From: Patescibacteria group bacterium
GTDB lineage: Bacteria; Patescibacteriota; Minisyncoccia; Moranbacterales; DUUL01
Assembly: GCA_034658815.1 (NCBI GenBank)
Contig: JAYEFY010000030.1
Span: 3,337 to 67,336, forward strand
Reading direction: 5' to 3'
DNA length: 64,000 nt
Shown here: piece by piece, positions 10,498 through 20,587 of the stretch
How the letters are laid out: every line of letters begins with the position of its first letter
How positions within the stretch are numbered: position 1 is the first letter of the stretch
The notes under the pieces: generated by a model
What the model was told of the DNA's origin: nothing
What the model saw: only the letters and a program-made list of their open reading frames with translations
Databases searched by the model: none
Position numbers and translations under genes: made by a program

Positions 10498-10571
10498 TAG
10501 GTGCAGAGGGAATCGAACCCCCGACCTTCAGCTTAAAAGGCTGTTGCTCTACCTAGCTGAGCTATGCACCC
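10498..10571 (-). tRNA. tRNA-Lys(TTT), CCA not encoded
   Basis: Reverse complement GGGTGCATAGCTCAGCTAGGTAGAGCAACAGCCTTTTAAGCTGAAGGTCGGGGGTTCGATTCCCTCTGCACCTA forms a cloverleaf with anticodon loop CT-TTT-AA. Confidence 0.95.
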
Positions 10572-10841
10572 GAATAAAATTCAAAATTTGAATATCAAAA
10601 TGCAATATGCCGAATAAATGATAACAATTAGGCGAAGTTGGAAACTGCCTGGCACCCGAATAAAATAAAGATAATCCAAAACAACCCATTCTTCATTGTA
10701 CTATAACTTGCGGAAACGTCAATGGAAACGTATAATAGAACTATTCCAAAGCCAACTCTCCCATTCCAAGCTGCTGCCGTTACAGCTTGGAAACACAGTT
10801 CAATGGCGTAGAAAAAGACTTAAACAAATAACTCGAAATAA

Positions 10842-12095
10842 GTGAAGATAAAAAAAATTAAAGCTCATGAAATTCTTGATTCCAGGGGGAATCCAACCGT
10901 TGAGACAACTGTTGTTCTTGAAAGCGGCATAAAAGCAAAAGCGGCTGTGCCATCGGGAGCTTCAATAGGAACAAAAGAAGCCAAGGAGATTCGTGACGGT
11001 GATCAAAACCGTTTTGGCGGAAAAGGTGTTCTTAAAGCGTGCCAAAACGTGGATAGTGTGATCACTCCCGCTTTAATAGATAAAAATGCTGAGGATCAAG
11101 TGGAAATTGACAAAAGAATGCTTCAACTTGATGGAACCGAAAACAAAGAAAAATTAGGAGCAAACGCGATTCTTTCCGTTTCCCTTGCCGTAGCCCGCGC
11201 CGCGGCGGCAAGGAAGAACATACCTCTTTGGAAGCATATTGTTGATGCATTTTCACTTGATCGTAATATTTCATTTCCCATTCCGGGATTTAATGTTATC
11301 AATGGAGGCGCCCATTCAGATAGCGGGCTGGATATTCAAGAATATATGGTCTTGCCTGTTGGACTTGATACATTTGAAAAGCGCTTTCAAGCCGGGTCTG
11401 AGATATACCACATTCTAAGGGAAAGTTTAAAAGAAAAAGGATATAGAGTTGCCATTGGCGACGAAGGAGGATTTGCGCCAAGATTGGAAACAAATCAAGA
11501 GGCATTACAAATAATCATTGGCGCGATAAATAAAAGTAATTATGAATTAGGCGGGGAAATAAAAACAGGTATTGACGCGGCGGCCAGTGAATTCTATGAT
11601 GCTGAAAATAAAACCTATGATCTCGCGCTTGACAAAAAAACGCGCAGCAATGATGATCTGCTGGAAATGCATGAATCGTGGATTGATGAATTTCATATGG
11701 AGGCTATCGAGGATCCAATGAGCGAATTTGATTGGGATGGCTGGATAAAGTGCAATAAGAGAATTGGAAAGAAGGTAGCGATAGTCGGGGATGATCTAAC
11801 AGTCACGAACAAAAAAATTATTCGAGAGGCGCACGAAAGAGACGCGATAAACACAGTTTTAATAAAAGCCAACCAAATCGGCTCATTAACGGAAACTATT
11901 GAAAGTATTAATACGGCTCGTGAGTTTGGCATGAAAATTTTCCTATCGCACCGAAGCGGAGAAACGATTGACGATTTTGTTTCGGATCTTGCGGTAGCGG
12001 TTGCAGCTGACTATGTAAAGTTCGGAGCTCCCGCGAGGGGAGAGCGAGTAAGTAAATACAATAGAATACTTGAAATAGAAAGGTCTCTTCAATAA
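10842..12095 (+). CDS. eno: Enolase
   Basis: EILDSRGNPTVE, VPSGAS, GDEGGFAP, VGDDL, SHRSGET. Confidence 0.97.
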   Translation: MKIKKIKAHEILDSRGNPTVETTVVLESGIKAKAAVPSGASIGTKEAKEIRDGDQNRFGGKGVLKACQNVDSVITPALIDKNAEDQVEIDKRMLQLDGTENKEKLGANAILSVSLAVARAAAARKNIPLWKHIVDAFSLDRNISFPIPGFNVINGGAHSDSGLDIQEYMVLPVGLDTFEKRFQAGSEIYHILRESLKEKGYRVAIGDEGGFAPRLETNQEALQIIIGAINKSNYELGGEIKTGIDAAASEFYDAENKTYDLALDKKTRSNDDLLEMHESWIDEFHMEAIEDPMSEFDWDGWIKCNKRIGKKVAIVGDDLTVTNKKIIREAHERDAINTVLIKANQIGSLTETIESINTAREFGMKIFLSHRSGETIDDFVSDLAVAVAADYVKFGAPARGERVSKYNRILEIERSLQ

Positions 12096-12096
12096 C

Positions 12097-13659
12097 ATGA
12101 ATAAGAAAAAAAATCCGATTATTTTCACGATTTTGGATGGTTGGGGAGTGGGTCCAAAAGATAAGGGCATTAATGCCATCGAGGCAGCCAGAACGCCCTT
12201 TTTTGATGATACTGTTGCTAACTGCCCATATACTCAATTGAGCGCGACAGGCATTGATGTCGGGCTGGAGAAGAATCAAATGAGCGGGTCTGAGTCAGGG
12301 CATCTTAATATTGGCGCGGGAAGAATTGTTGAACAAGACGTAAGAATTATTTTGGAAGCAATTGGCAATGAATCATTTTTTAAAAATTCGGCTTTTCTGG
12401 GTGCTGTCCGCCATATGCGGCATTATAATTCAAATATTCATCTGATGGGGCTGCTTGGAAACGAAGACAGTCCTCACGCGCATCCGGATATATTGCTTGC
12501 GCTTCTCATATTTTTGAAAAGACATGGATTAAGCAAGCGTGTTTTTCTGCATTTTTTTACTGATGGAAGAGATTCATATCCAAAAAGCGCCCTTGAACAT
12601 TGGAAATTGTGGAAAGAATTATTAAATGACAAGAAAATTGCAAAGTGCGCAACGGTTTGTGGAAGATTTTACGCCATGGATAGGGTAAAAAACTGGGATA
12701 GATTGCTCAAAGCTTATAACGCAATGGTCAATGGAGAAGGCGAGCGATACGCTCAATTCGAAGATGTTGTTAAAGCAAATTACAAGAAAGGAAAGTTTGA
12801 TGAATATATTGAACCTTCGATTTTAACTGAAAACGGGAAACCTGTTGCCGCGATCACTGATAATGACGCGATCATATTCTTTAATTTTCGCTCAGATAGA
12901 GCGCGGCAAATATCCAAGCTCTTTGTGGGGACGAACACCAAAAAAGAGAAAGGATTTCCGAAAATACCAAAACTCAAGAACTTGTTTTTTGTCGCGATGA
13001 CTAATTTTGGGCCTGACTTGAATCTGGAAACGGCTTTTCGATCGAATCCGCTGGCCGGAACATTACCGGTTGCCTTATCAAGTTTAAGACAACTCTACAT
13101 TGCGGAAACTGAAAAGTTTGCGCATGTGACATATTTTATTAATGGCGGATACGCGGATGCTGTTGGAAGAGAAGATCGTATAATGGTTCGTTCGCCGATT
13201 GTGAGATCATACGCTGAAAAACCTGAAATGTCAGCCGGTGATATTACCGATGTAATTATAAAAAGCATACGTCATGACATATATGATGCCATTGTTGTTA
13301 ATTACGCGAATACTGATATGGTAGGACATACAGGTAATTTTAAGGCAGTTGTTCAGGCGGTTGAATGCGTTGATAAACAGCTGATACGGCTGTCCAAAGC
13401 GCTTAAGAACAAAGATGGCACTCTTGTTATTTCCGCTGATCACGGGAACGCTGATATAATGATAGATAAACAGACGCAAAAAGTATTTACTTTTCATACA
13501 AAGAATCCTGTTCCTTTTGTTATTATTTCCAGCCGGAAAGAAATGAAAAAAAAGAAGCTTCAAAGCGGAGGAGTGCTTGGAAATATCGCACCGACAATTC
13601 TTGATCTGCTCGATCTTCCAAAGCCAAAAGAAATGAACAAAGAGTCGTTAATTAATTAA
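12097..13659 (+). CDS. gpmI: 2,3-bisphosphoglycerate-independent phosphoglycerate mutase
   Basis: ILDGWG, GSESGHLNIGAGR, FTDGRD, GRFYAMDR, AETEKFAHVT, DMVGHTG, ADHGN. Confidence 0.96.
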   Translation: MNKKKNPIIFTILDGWGVGPKDKGINAIEAARTPFFDDTVANCPYTQLSATGIDVGLEKNQMSGSESGHLNIGAGRIVEQDVRIILEAIGNESFFKNSAFLGAVRHMRHYNSNIHLMGLLGNEDSPHAHPDILLALLIFLKRHGLSKRVFLHFFTDGRDSYPKSALEHWKLWKELLNDKKIAKCATVCGRFYAMDRVKNWDRLLKAYNAMVNGEGERYAQFEDVVKANYKKGKFDEYIEPSILTENGKPVAAITDNDAIIFFNFRSDRARQISKLFVGTNTKKEKGFPKIPKLKNLFFVAMTNFGPDLNLETAFRSNPLAGTLPVALSSLRQLYIAETEKFAHVTYFINGGYADAVGREDRIMVRSPIVRSYAEKPEMSAGDITDVIIKSIRHDIYDAIVVNYANTDMVGHTGNFKAVVQAVECVDKQLIRLSKALKNKDGTLVISADHGNADIMIDKQTQKVFTFHTKNPVPFVIISSRKEMKKKKLQSGGVLGNIAPTILDLLDLPKPKEMNKESLIN

Positions 13660-13673
13660 ATAAATTAACACGC

Positions 13674-14684
13674 GTGAAAAAAATAATTTGCATAGGATCC
13701 GTGACCAGGGATATCTTTATTTCGCTAAAAGAAACAAAGATCATTGATACTCCGGAAGATCTCACATCCAAACAACTCATGGGATTTGAGTTTGGCGCGA
13801 AGATATACGCTGACGACTTTAGGGAAGAAGTGGGGGGAAGCGCGGTTAATATTGGATTTGGAATGTTGTTGTGCGGCATAAAGCCTTTTGTGTTTTCAAG
13901 GACATCAAAATCGGAATCCGGAAAATGGATCTTAAAACAAATAGGGAAAATGAAGCTGAAAAAAAATTACATGCAGCGAAACGGTCGAAAAGAAAGCGAA
14001 ACTTCGGTTATTTTAACAGACAAAAAACACAAGGATCATGTTATTTTCAGAACCGGTGATTCGGTTGAATTGTTTGATGTGAAAAAAGCATTAAAAAAAT
14101 TCAGAGAAAAAGTTGATCTTATTTATGTTGGATCTCAAAAAACGGGATGGAACGAGAATTTTTTGGCGATCATTGAATTTGCCGGTAATAAAAAGGCTCC
14201 AGTCGCGTTTAATCCGTCAAGCTACCAAATAGAAAACGATGCCGAAAAGATCGTTAAATTTTTATCCGGTGTTAAGGTACTGCTTGTCAATAAAGACGAG
14301 GCGATTGAACTGGTGAGAAATGTTAACGGTAAAGCCAGTAACGACGTTGCGTATTTAAGCAATCAACTTCTTGGCAAAGGATGCGAAATTGTTGTCATTA
14401 CCGATGGATCGCGGGGCGCGTATGCCGCGGATGACAAAGATCTTTTTCACATTCCAACAAAAACCGTGAAAGTTGTTGATACGGTGGGAGCCGGGGATGC
14501 TTTTGCAAGCGGGTTTTTGTCATCTTTACTGAAAGATAATGATCTTAAAATGTCCCTTGTTTGGGGAGTTGTGAATAGCGCCGGAGCAGTTTCTAAATGC
14601 GGGGCAACAAAAGGTCTTTTAACCGAAAAAGAATTAAGAAACGCGGGAAAGAAACACTTAGGATCAATAAGTAAACTCAGATAA
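13674..14684 (+). CDS. PfkB-family carbohydrate kinase
   Basis: GGSAVN, VNKDEA, ITDGSRG, DTVGAGDAF. Confidence 0.9.
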   Translation: MKKIICIGSVTRDIFISLKETKIIDTPEDLTSKQLMGFEFGAKIYADDFREEVGGSAVNIGFGMLLCGIKPFVFSRTSKSESGKWILKQIGKMKLKKNYMQRNGRKESETSVILTDKKHKDHVIFRTGDSVELFDVKKALKKFREKVDLIYVGSQKTGWNENFLAIIEFAGNKKAPVAFNPSSYQIENDAEKIVKFLSGVKVLLVNKDEAIELVRNVNGKASNDVAYLSNQLLGKGCEIVVITDGSRGAYAADDKDLFHIPTKTVKVVDTVGAGDAFASGFLSSLLKDNDLKMSLVWGVVNSAGAVSKCGATKGLLTEKELRNAGKKHLGSISKLR

Positions 14685-14690
14685 ATATAC

Positions 14691-16757
14691 ATGAAAAAAA
14701 TATTCGAACCTAAAACGATTGCTATTGTCGGAGCCTCATCATTAAAGGGAAAGATCGGGAATATATTAATGAAGAATCTTCAGCAGAATAATTCTCTGAA
14801 ATTGTATCCTGTTAATATCAAAAGGCCGCGAGTAATGGGAATTAAAGCGTATCCATCCGTTATGGATATTAAAAATAAAGTCGACATAGCGATCATAGCG
14901 GTACCGGCCATGTTTGTTGGGAAGATCGTAGAAGAATGCGCGTGTTGCACGCACCCGATACAAAATATTATTATTATTTCCGCCGGATTTTCTGAGATTG
15001 GAGAGAAAGGCAGGGAACGGGAAAAAAAGATCATAAAATTAGCCGATAAATACAAGCTTAATATTATCGGTCCGAATTGTCTTGGAGTGGTTAATACTCA
15101 CTATGGGCTTAACGCGTCTTTTGCAAAACGCGATATTCCGAAAGGAAAGATCGGTTTTATCGCGCAATCAGGAGCGCTTACGACAGCTCTTTTTGATTTG
15201 CTTAAGGAACACGGGCTGGGGTTTTCACTTGTTGCGACACTTGGCAATAAAGCTAATGTTGATGAGAATGATTTTATTGAATTTTTTGCCAGTGACCCGG
15301 AAACTAAAATTATCGCGCTTTACCTTGAGGATATTACCGACGGAAAACGTTTTGCGGCCATTATTAACAAAATATCACGCAGAAAACCGATTGTCATTAT
15401 TAAGGCCGGCTCATCCAAAAAAGCTCAGCTGGCGATTCAATCGCACACCGGCGCAATGGCTGGAAATGCCGATATTATTCAAGAAGTCATTAAAGATAAC
15501 GGAGGGATAATTTGCAATAATCTTCCCGATTTTGTCGGAATACTAAAATTGTTAAATGGCTTTAAGCGTCCTTTGAACAAAAACACTGTTTTTATTACCA
15601 ATGCGGGAGGACCGGGTGTCATAGCAACGGATCTTACGGAAAGCCGGGAAGACGTGTCGCTTTACACTTTTTCAGAAAAAGAGAAGAATGCGTTAAAAAA
15701 ATATCTTCCGGCTGAAAGTTCCGTTGAAAATCCTGTTGATGTGCTCGGTGACGCGATGGAGGACAGATACAAAAACATCTTTCATGAATGCGCCAAATTC
15801 AAAAAGATCGGATCAGTTTGCGTGATCGTTACTCCACAAGCGCAAACACCAATTAGCCGCATTGCAAGCGAAATTAGCGCTGCAAATAGGAAATACAATA
15901 TTCCTTTTGTGCCAATCGTTATTGGCGGGGAAGCGTATCATCAGGCAACATCAGTATTGAACAAGTACGGCCATAGCTCTTTTATTTTCCCTTATCAAGC
16001 AATTCGATCATTATCCAAATATATAAAATACGCGGATGACATTAAAAGAGATAAAAAGATCATTATAAAAGAATTGCCGGCTAGATCCGGCGGCTTGATA
16101 GAAAAATTAAAAAAAGAACGGAGAGCAGTGCTTTTATATGACGAAGCTCGCTCAATCGGCGAAGAATACAAACTCAACATTCTGTCCGCGAAAATTATTA
16201 GCGGCAAAGACGATGTAAAAAAAATAAACAGCGGATTTCCATTGGTGGCAAAAGTTGATAGTCCGAACATTCTTCATAAAAATGCCAAGGGCGGCCTGTC
16301 CTTGAATATATTGAATAGCAGGGAATTGATAAGAGAGTTTGATCGCTTGAAAAAACTTTTTAAAGATGATCAAGTTATTGTGCAAAAGCAGGTAGAACAA
16401 GGGCTGGAACTTATTATTGGCATAAAAAAAGATTCAGTATTTGGCCATATTTTGATGCTGGGTCTCGGAGGAGTGTTTACTGAAGCCCTTAATGTCAAGT
16501 GTTTATGGCTTCTTCCCGTAAGCCAAAAACAAATCGTCGAAAAAATTAGAAACTCTCCGCTCGCGAAAATAATCCATAAAAAGAAGATCAACATTTCAAG
16601 AATAGCGAAAGAAGCTGAAAAAGTTGGGAAAATTGTGCAAAAGCATGCCTATATCAACGAACTTGACGTGAATCCGATCATGATGTATCCGGACAAAAAA
16701 CCGGTCATTGTGGACATTAAAATTATTGTTGATATTAAGGGACTGCTATCAAACTAA
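14691..16757 (+). CDS. ADP-forming acetate-CoA ligase family protein (alpha/beta fusion)
   Basis: IAIVGAS, IISAGFSE, IIGPNCLG, AQSGA, phospho-His SHTGAMAG, TNAGGPG, C-terminal ATP-grasp ELDVNP. Confidence 0.92.
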   Translation: MKKIFEPKTIAIVGASSLKGKIGNILMKNLQQNNSLKLYPVNIKRPRVMGIKAYPSVMDIKNKVDIAIIAVPAMFVGKIVEECACCTHPIQNIIIISAGFSEIGEKGREREKKIIKLADKYKLNIIGPNCLGVVNTHYGLNASFAKRDIPKGKIGFIAQSGALTTALFDLLKEHGLGFSLVATLGNKANVDENDFIEFFASDPETKIIALYLEDITDGKRFAAIINKISRRKPIVIIKAGSSKKAQLAIQSHTGAMAGNADIIQEVIKDNGGIICNNLPDFVGILKLLNGFKRPLNKNTVFITNAGGPGVIATDLTESREDVSLYTFSEKEKNALKKYLPAESSVENPVDVLGDAMEDRYKNIFHECAKFKKIGSVCVIVTPQAQTPISRIASEISAANRKYNIPFVPIVIGGEAYHQATSVLNKYGHSSFIFPYQAIRSLSKYIKYADDIKRDKKIIIKELPARSGGLIEKLKKERRAVLLYDEARSIGEEYKLNILSAKIISGKDDVKKINSGFPLVAKVDSPNILHKNAKGGLSLNILNSRELIREFDRLKKLFKDDQVIVQKQVEQGLELIIGIKKDSVFGHILMLGLGGVFTEALNVKCLWLLPVSQKQIVEKIRNSPLAKIIHKKKINISRIAKEAEKVGKIVQKHAYINELDVNPIMMYPDKKPVIVDIKIIVDIKGLLSN

Positions 16758-16795
16758 TTCCCGCCGAAAGCAGATAACAATTAAAATATCAATCA

Positions 16796-17362
16796 ATGGA
16801 ATCTAAAAAAAATAAAATACTTCTTGTTGATGACGATGAAGATATCCGTACGATGTATGCAAACTTGCTGCGCGAAAATAGTTTTGAGGTGATTGAAGCA
16901 AAGGACGGAGTTGAGGGGCTTGATTTGGCGGCAAGCAGTGAAGGAGTCGATCTTATTTTTACTGGGATCATAATGCCGAGAATGGACGGGTTTCAATTGA
17001 TCCAATCGTTAAAAGAATACACAAGCACCGCTAACATCCCGGTAATTGTGAGTTCTCATTTGGGAAGGGAAGAAGATCGAAAGCATATGGATAAACTCGG
17101 GGTAAAAGATTTTATTGTTCAGGGAATGACAACGCCTGCCGAAGTCATCAAGCGTATTTTACAGGCAATCAGGCACGGAGAGTATGATCTTGGAATAAAT
17201 CCTCTTGAATTTGACGGGCAGCGTTTCATTGAGGACTATAATTTTTCTCCGGAAATGAAATGCGAGAACTGTGGAAGCGAATTGGCGCTTAATATAAAAT
17301 ATTATAACGATAAAGTTTTTAAAGCTTACGTCCATTGTCCGAATTGCCAAAGAAAATATTAA
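16796..17362 (+). CDS. Response-regulator receiver domain (atypical) with C-terminal Zn ribbon
   Basis: ILLVDDD, MPRMDG; CENC...CPNC. The phosphoacceptor position reads FTGIIMP. Confidence 0.8.
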   Translation: MESKKNKILLVDDDEDIRTMYANLLRENSFEVIEAKDGVEGLDLAASSEGVDLIFTGIIMPRMDGFQLIQSLKEYTSTANIPVIVSSHLGREEDRKHMDKLGVKDFIVQGMTTPAEVIKRILQAIRHGEYDLGINPLEFDGQRFIEDYNFSPEMKCENCGSELALNIKYYNDKVFKAYVHCPNCQRKY

Positions 17363-19072
17363 ATGAAAAATAACTGGAATATTAACGAGCAGCCGATACT
17401 TAATAGCAGGATCTTTCCCGAGCTTGAACCGGCGACTGAACGTCTTCTGCTGATAAGAGGCATAAAAACGAAAAAACAAAAAAGATCTTTTTTTGTTGCC
17501 GATTACGAAAAAGATTCCCATGATCCCTTTTTAATGTTCGATATGGATAAGGCGGTTAACAGACTTTTACAGGCAATTAAGAATAAAGAAACTGTCTGTG
17601 TTTTTGGTGATTACGATGCTGACGGCGTGACCGCGTCAGTGATGTTGCTCGACTTTTTCCAACAAATAAATATAAACACGATCAGTTATATTCCGGACAG
17701 AAATAAGGAAGGTTATGGATTAAATAATAAAGCTATTGATTATATTAAGAAAAAAGGCGCATCCCTTATTATCACCGTAGACTGCGGCATTTCCAATGAA
17801 AAGGAGGTTGACTACGCATCGAAATTAGAAATTGACTCAATAATTCTTGACCATCACCATGTCCCATCGGCAATTCCCCGTGCCATTGCCGTTGTTGATC
17901 CAAAAAGAAATGGGGATGCGTATCCTGATAAAAACCTTGCCGGTGTTGGCGTCGCGTTCAAATTTATTCAGGCTGTTGCTTCAAAAATTTCAAAATACGA
18001 TAAACAACAATTGAAATGGTTTTTGGATATTGTGGCTATTGGAACTATCGCTGATTGCGTGCCGCTTATAGGTGAAAACAGAATGTTAGCGAAATACGGC
18101 CTATTGGTTTTATCGAAAACAAAACGTGTTGGTCTGCGGCAGTTGTTTCATGTTGGACGTATCGCGATCAGCGAATCGCGTGTTCCGAGCGCTGAAGTTA
18201 TTTCTTTTCAAATTGCACCGCGCATCAACGCGGCCGGAAGGATGGATCATGCGAGCATAGCGCAAGAATTGTTACTTTGCAAGGCTGCGGAAGAATCAAC
18301 GGCTCGACTTTTAGCGCTGGATCTTGAGGACAAAAACAATCATCGCCAGAAGGTTACAAAAGAGGTTGTGCGGCAAGTTCGAAAACAGTATCTTGGCGGC
18401 AAAAAACCGCATAATATTATTATCGCAACGTCGCCGCACTGGGAGCTTGGAATTGTCGGATTAGCTTCTGGAAAAATAACCGAGGAATTTCGAAAACCTT
18501 CAATTTTATTGAAAGAATTTGATGAATATTTCAAAGGTTCGGGAAGATCGGTGCGCGGATTCAATCTTATTGAAGCGCTTGAGCGCCAGAAAGATCTGCT
18601 TGTGAAATATGGCGGACACCCGCGAGCTGCCGGGTTTGAAATAACAAAACAGAATTTTGAACTTTTTACCGAAAATATTCAGTGCGATGCTGATTCATTG
18701 CCGAAAGATCTATTTGTCAAACAGATAACCATTGACTTGGATTTGTCGATAAATGAACTGAATTTGAAATTTCTTGACGAACTTGATCAGTTTGGGCCGT
18801 TTGGTGAAAAAAATCGCTGTCCGCTATTTCTTACCAGCAATCTTCGAATTATACGAAAAAGAACGGTTGGAAATGGTGAAGCGCATCTTAAGTTGATATG
18901 CGCTGACAACGATGACTCCAATACCATTGTTGAAGCAATTGGCTTTGGAATCGCGAAAGATTACCAGTCTTTATCGGAAGGCGACAAAATTAATCTTGTT
19001 TACCGTTTAGAGCGGAATATTTGGAATGGAAAAGAGTCAATTCAGGCAAGGATAGAAGATATAGAATTATAA
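17363..19072 (+). CDS. recJ: Single-stranded-DNA exonuclease RecJ
   Basis: GDYDADG, ITVDCGI, LDHH, PRINAAGR, GSGRS, GGH. Confidence 0.96.
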   Translation: MKNNWNINEQPILNSRIFPELEPATERLLLIRGIKTKKQKRSFFVADYEKDSHDPFLMFDMDKAVNRLLQAIKNKETVCVFGDYDADGVTASVMLLDFFQQININTISYIPDRNKEGYGLNNKAIDYIKKKGASLIITVDCGISNEKEVDYASKLEIDSIILDHHHVPSAIPRAIAVVDPKRNGDAYPDKNLAGVGVAFKFIQAVASKISKYDKQQLKWFLDIVAIGTIADCVPLIGENRMLAKYGLLVLSKTKRVGLRQLFHVGRIAISESRVPSAEVISFQIAPRINAAGRMDHASIAQELLLCKAAEESTARLLALDLEDKNNHRQKVTKEVVRQVRKQYLGGKKPHNIIIATSPHWELGIVGLASGKITEEFRKPSILLKEFDEYFKGSGRSVRGFNLIEALERQKDLLVKYGGHPRAAGFEITKQNFELFTENIQCDADSLPKDLFVKQITIDLDLSINELNLKFLDELDQFGPFGEKNRCPLFLTSNLRIIRKRTVGNGEAHLKLICADNDDSNTIVEAIGFGIAKDYQSLSEGDKINLVYRLERNIWNGKESIQARIEDIEL

Positions 19073-19135
19073 AGCTCCGCGTGTTTACGCGCGCAGTTCA
19101 TTATTTCTTAGGCGTAGCAAGATCTGTTGAAGCAG

Positions 19136-19175
19136 AAGAGCGGCAATATTGTAAATAACGCTCTAATCTCTAACA
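19136..19175 (-). repeat. Solo left end of MITE family A
   Basis: Reverse complement TGTTAGAGATTAGAGCGTTATTTACAATATTGCCGCTCTT matches 31962-32001 at 38/40 positions. Confidence 0.8.
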
Positions 19176-19238
19176 TATAAACTGAAAATTTGTGCCGCGA
19201 ACTTCCTGAATTGATAAGCCATGCAAGCCATACGATTA

Positions 19239-19267
19239 TTGACCGAACTTCAATTTTTCGCTATAGT
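19239..19267 (+). promoter_or_regulatory. Putative sigma70 promoter of tRNA-Glu
   Basis: TTGACC-17 nt-TATAGT. Confidence 0.6.
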
Positions 19268-19376
19268 AAAAGGGAGTTTCGTTATAGCGACTATTCCCAA
19301 ACCGGCTTCATTAGCAAAGATTTTTGGCAGGAGCCGGCTTGGGATCAATTTTTTATAATGACATTTTATGCTCTAA

Positions 19377-19448
19377 GGCCCTATCGTCTAGTGGCTAGGA
19401 CGCAAGGTTCTCATCCTTGTAACAGGGGTTCGATTCCCCTTAGGGCTA
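19377..19448 (+). tRNA. tRNA-Glu(CTC), CCA not encoded
   Basis: GGCCCTA acceptor pairs with TAGGGCT; anticodon arm CAAGG-TT-CTC-AT-CCTTG; T-loop GGTTCGATTCC. Confidence 0.95.
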
Positions 19449-19503
19449 CGTTAACTGTCAGCAGATAATTTGACGGCAAGAATTAATAAATAAAAAAGAA
19501 AAA

Positions 19504-20574
19504 TTGGACGCACTCAAGCTTTTAAGCGATTACCGGAAACGACTGCATCCCTATTTAGAGTGTTTTTTTAATGAAAAACTCGAGCAGGCAAAAGAAATTA
19601 ATGCGATTTCTGAAGAGGCTGTTGCAATGATTCGTGATTTTACAATGGCTGGCGGCAAACGTATTCGTCCGGCTGTAATGTATTATGGCTATCTTGCGGC
19701 AGGCGGAACAGAGCGTGAAAAAATGATAAAGACTTCCATGTCAATTGAACTTGCCCATAATTTTCTTCTTATTCATGATGATATTATAGATAATGACGAA
19801 CTTCGCCATGGCATAAAAACGATACATGAACAGTACAAAGAAATGGCTCAAAAAATGTTTCCTAAAACAGACCCTGTTCACTTTGGAAATTCAATGGCAA
19901 TAGTCACCGGTGATATGACAGCGTCAATGAGCAATGAGATCATGTTTACTGCTGATTTTCCCGCCGAGTATATTGTGAAAGCGCTAAATAAGCTGCAGCA
20001 GGTTGTTTACGCCACTATTCCCGGAGAAATGGTGGATGTTATGTTGGAAGCCAGGGGAAGAGCGACAGAAGAGGAGATTATGAATATGTATGAAGCAAAA
20101 ACCGCGTGCTACACATTCGAAGGACCTTTGCACTTGGGAGCAATTCTTGCGAAAGCAAATGATGGGATACTTAAAAAATTTACCGATTATTCAATTCCAC
20201 TTGGAATTGCCTTTCAGATTCGTGACGATAGCCTGGGTATCTTTGGACAGCAAGAAAAGCTTGGAAAGCCTGTCGGTTCGGATATTATTGAGGGAAAGCA
20301 AACAATTCTTATAGTCAAGGCGCTTGAAATGGGCGATAAAGAGCAAAGAAAAACTATCTTGCGCCTTCTTGGAAAAGAAGATATAAGCGAAAGCGAGATT
20401 GAAATATTCAGAAATATAATCAGAGAAACGGGATCGCTGGATTATGCTTATGATCTTTCCGATAAACTAGTGAACAGATCTTTAGAGGCATTTTCAGTAA
20501 TGGATATTCAGCATAAGGAATCAAAAATTTTTCTCGAAGGCATTGCCCGTTTCATCATAGAACGGCAATATTAA
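19504..20574 (+). CDS. Trans-polyprenyl synthetase (IspA/IdsA family)
   Basis: GGKRIRP, HDDIIDNDELR, KTACY, FQIRDD, DIIEGK. Confidence 0.93.
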   Translation: MDALKLLSDYRKRLHPYLECFFNEKLEQAKEINAISEEAVAMIRDFTMAGGKRIRPAVMYYGYLAAGGTEREKMIKTSMSIELAHNFLLIHDDIIDNDELRHGIKTIHEQYKEMAQKMFPKTDPVHFGNSMAIVTGDMTASMSNEIMFTADFPAEYIVKALNKLQQVVYATIPGEMVDVMLEARGRATEEEIMNMYEAKTACYTFEGPLHLGAILAKANDGILKKFTDYSIPLGIAFQIRDDSLGIFGQQEKLGKPVGSDIIEGKQTILIVKALEMGDKEQRKTILRLLGKEDISESEIEIFRNIIRETGSLDYAYDLSDKLVNRSLEAFSVMDIQHKESKIFLEGIARFIIERQY

Positions 20575-20587
20575 TTAATATACACCA

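Noticed and set aside
19190-19468. 92-aa ORF
   Set aside because: It overlaps tRNA-Glu and its promoter and has no protein-like motif.
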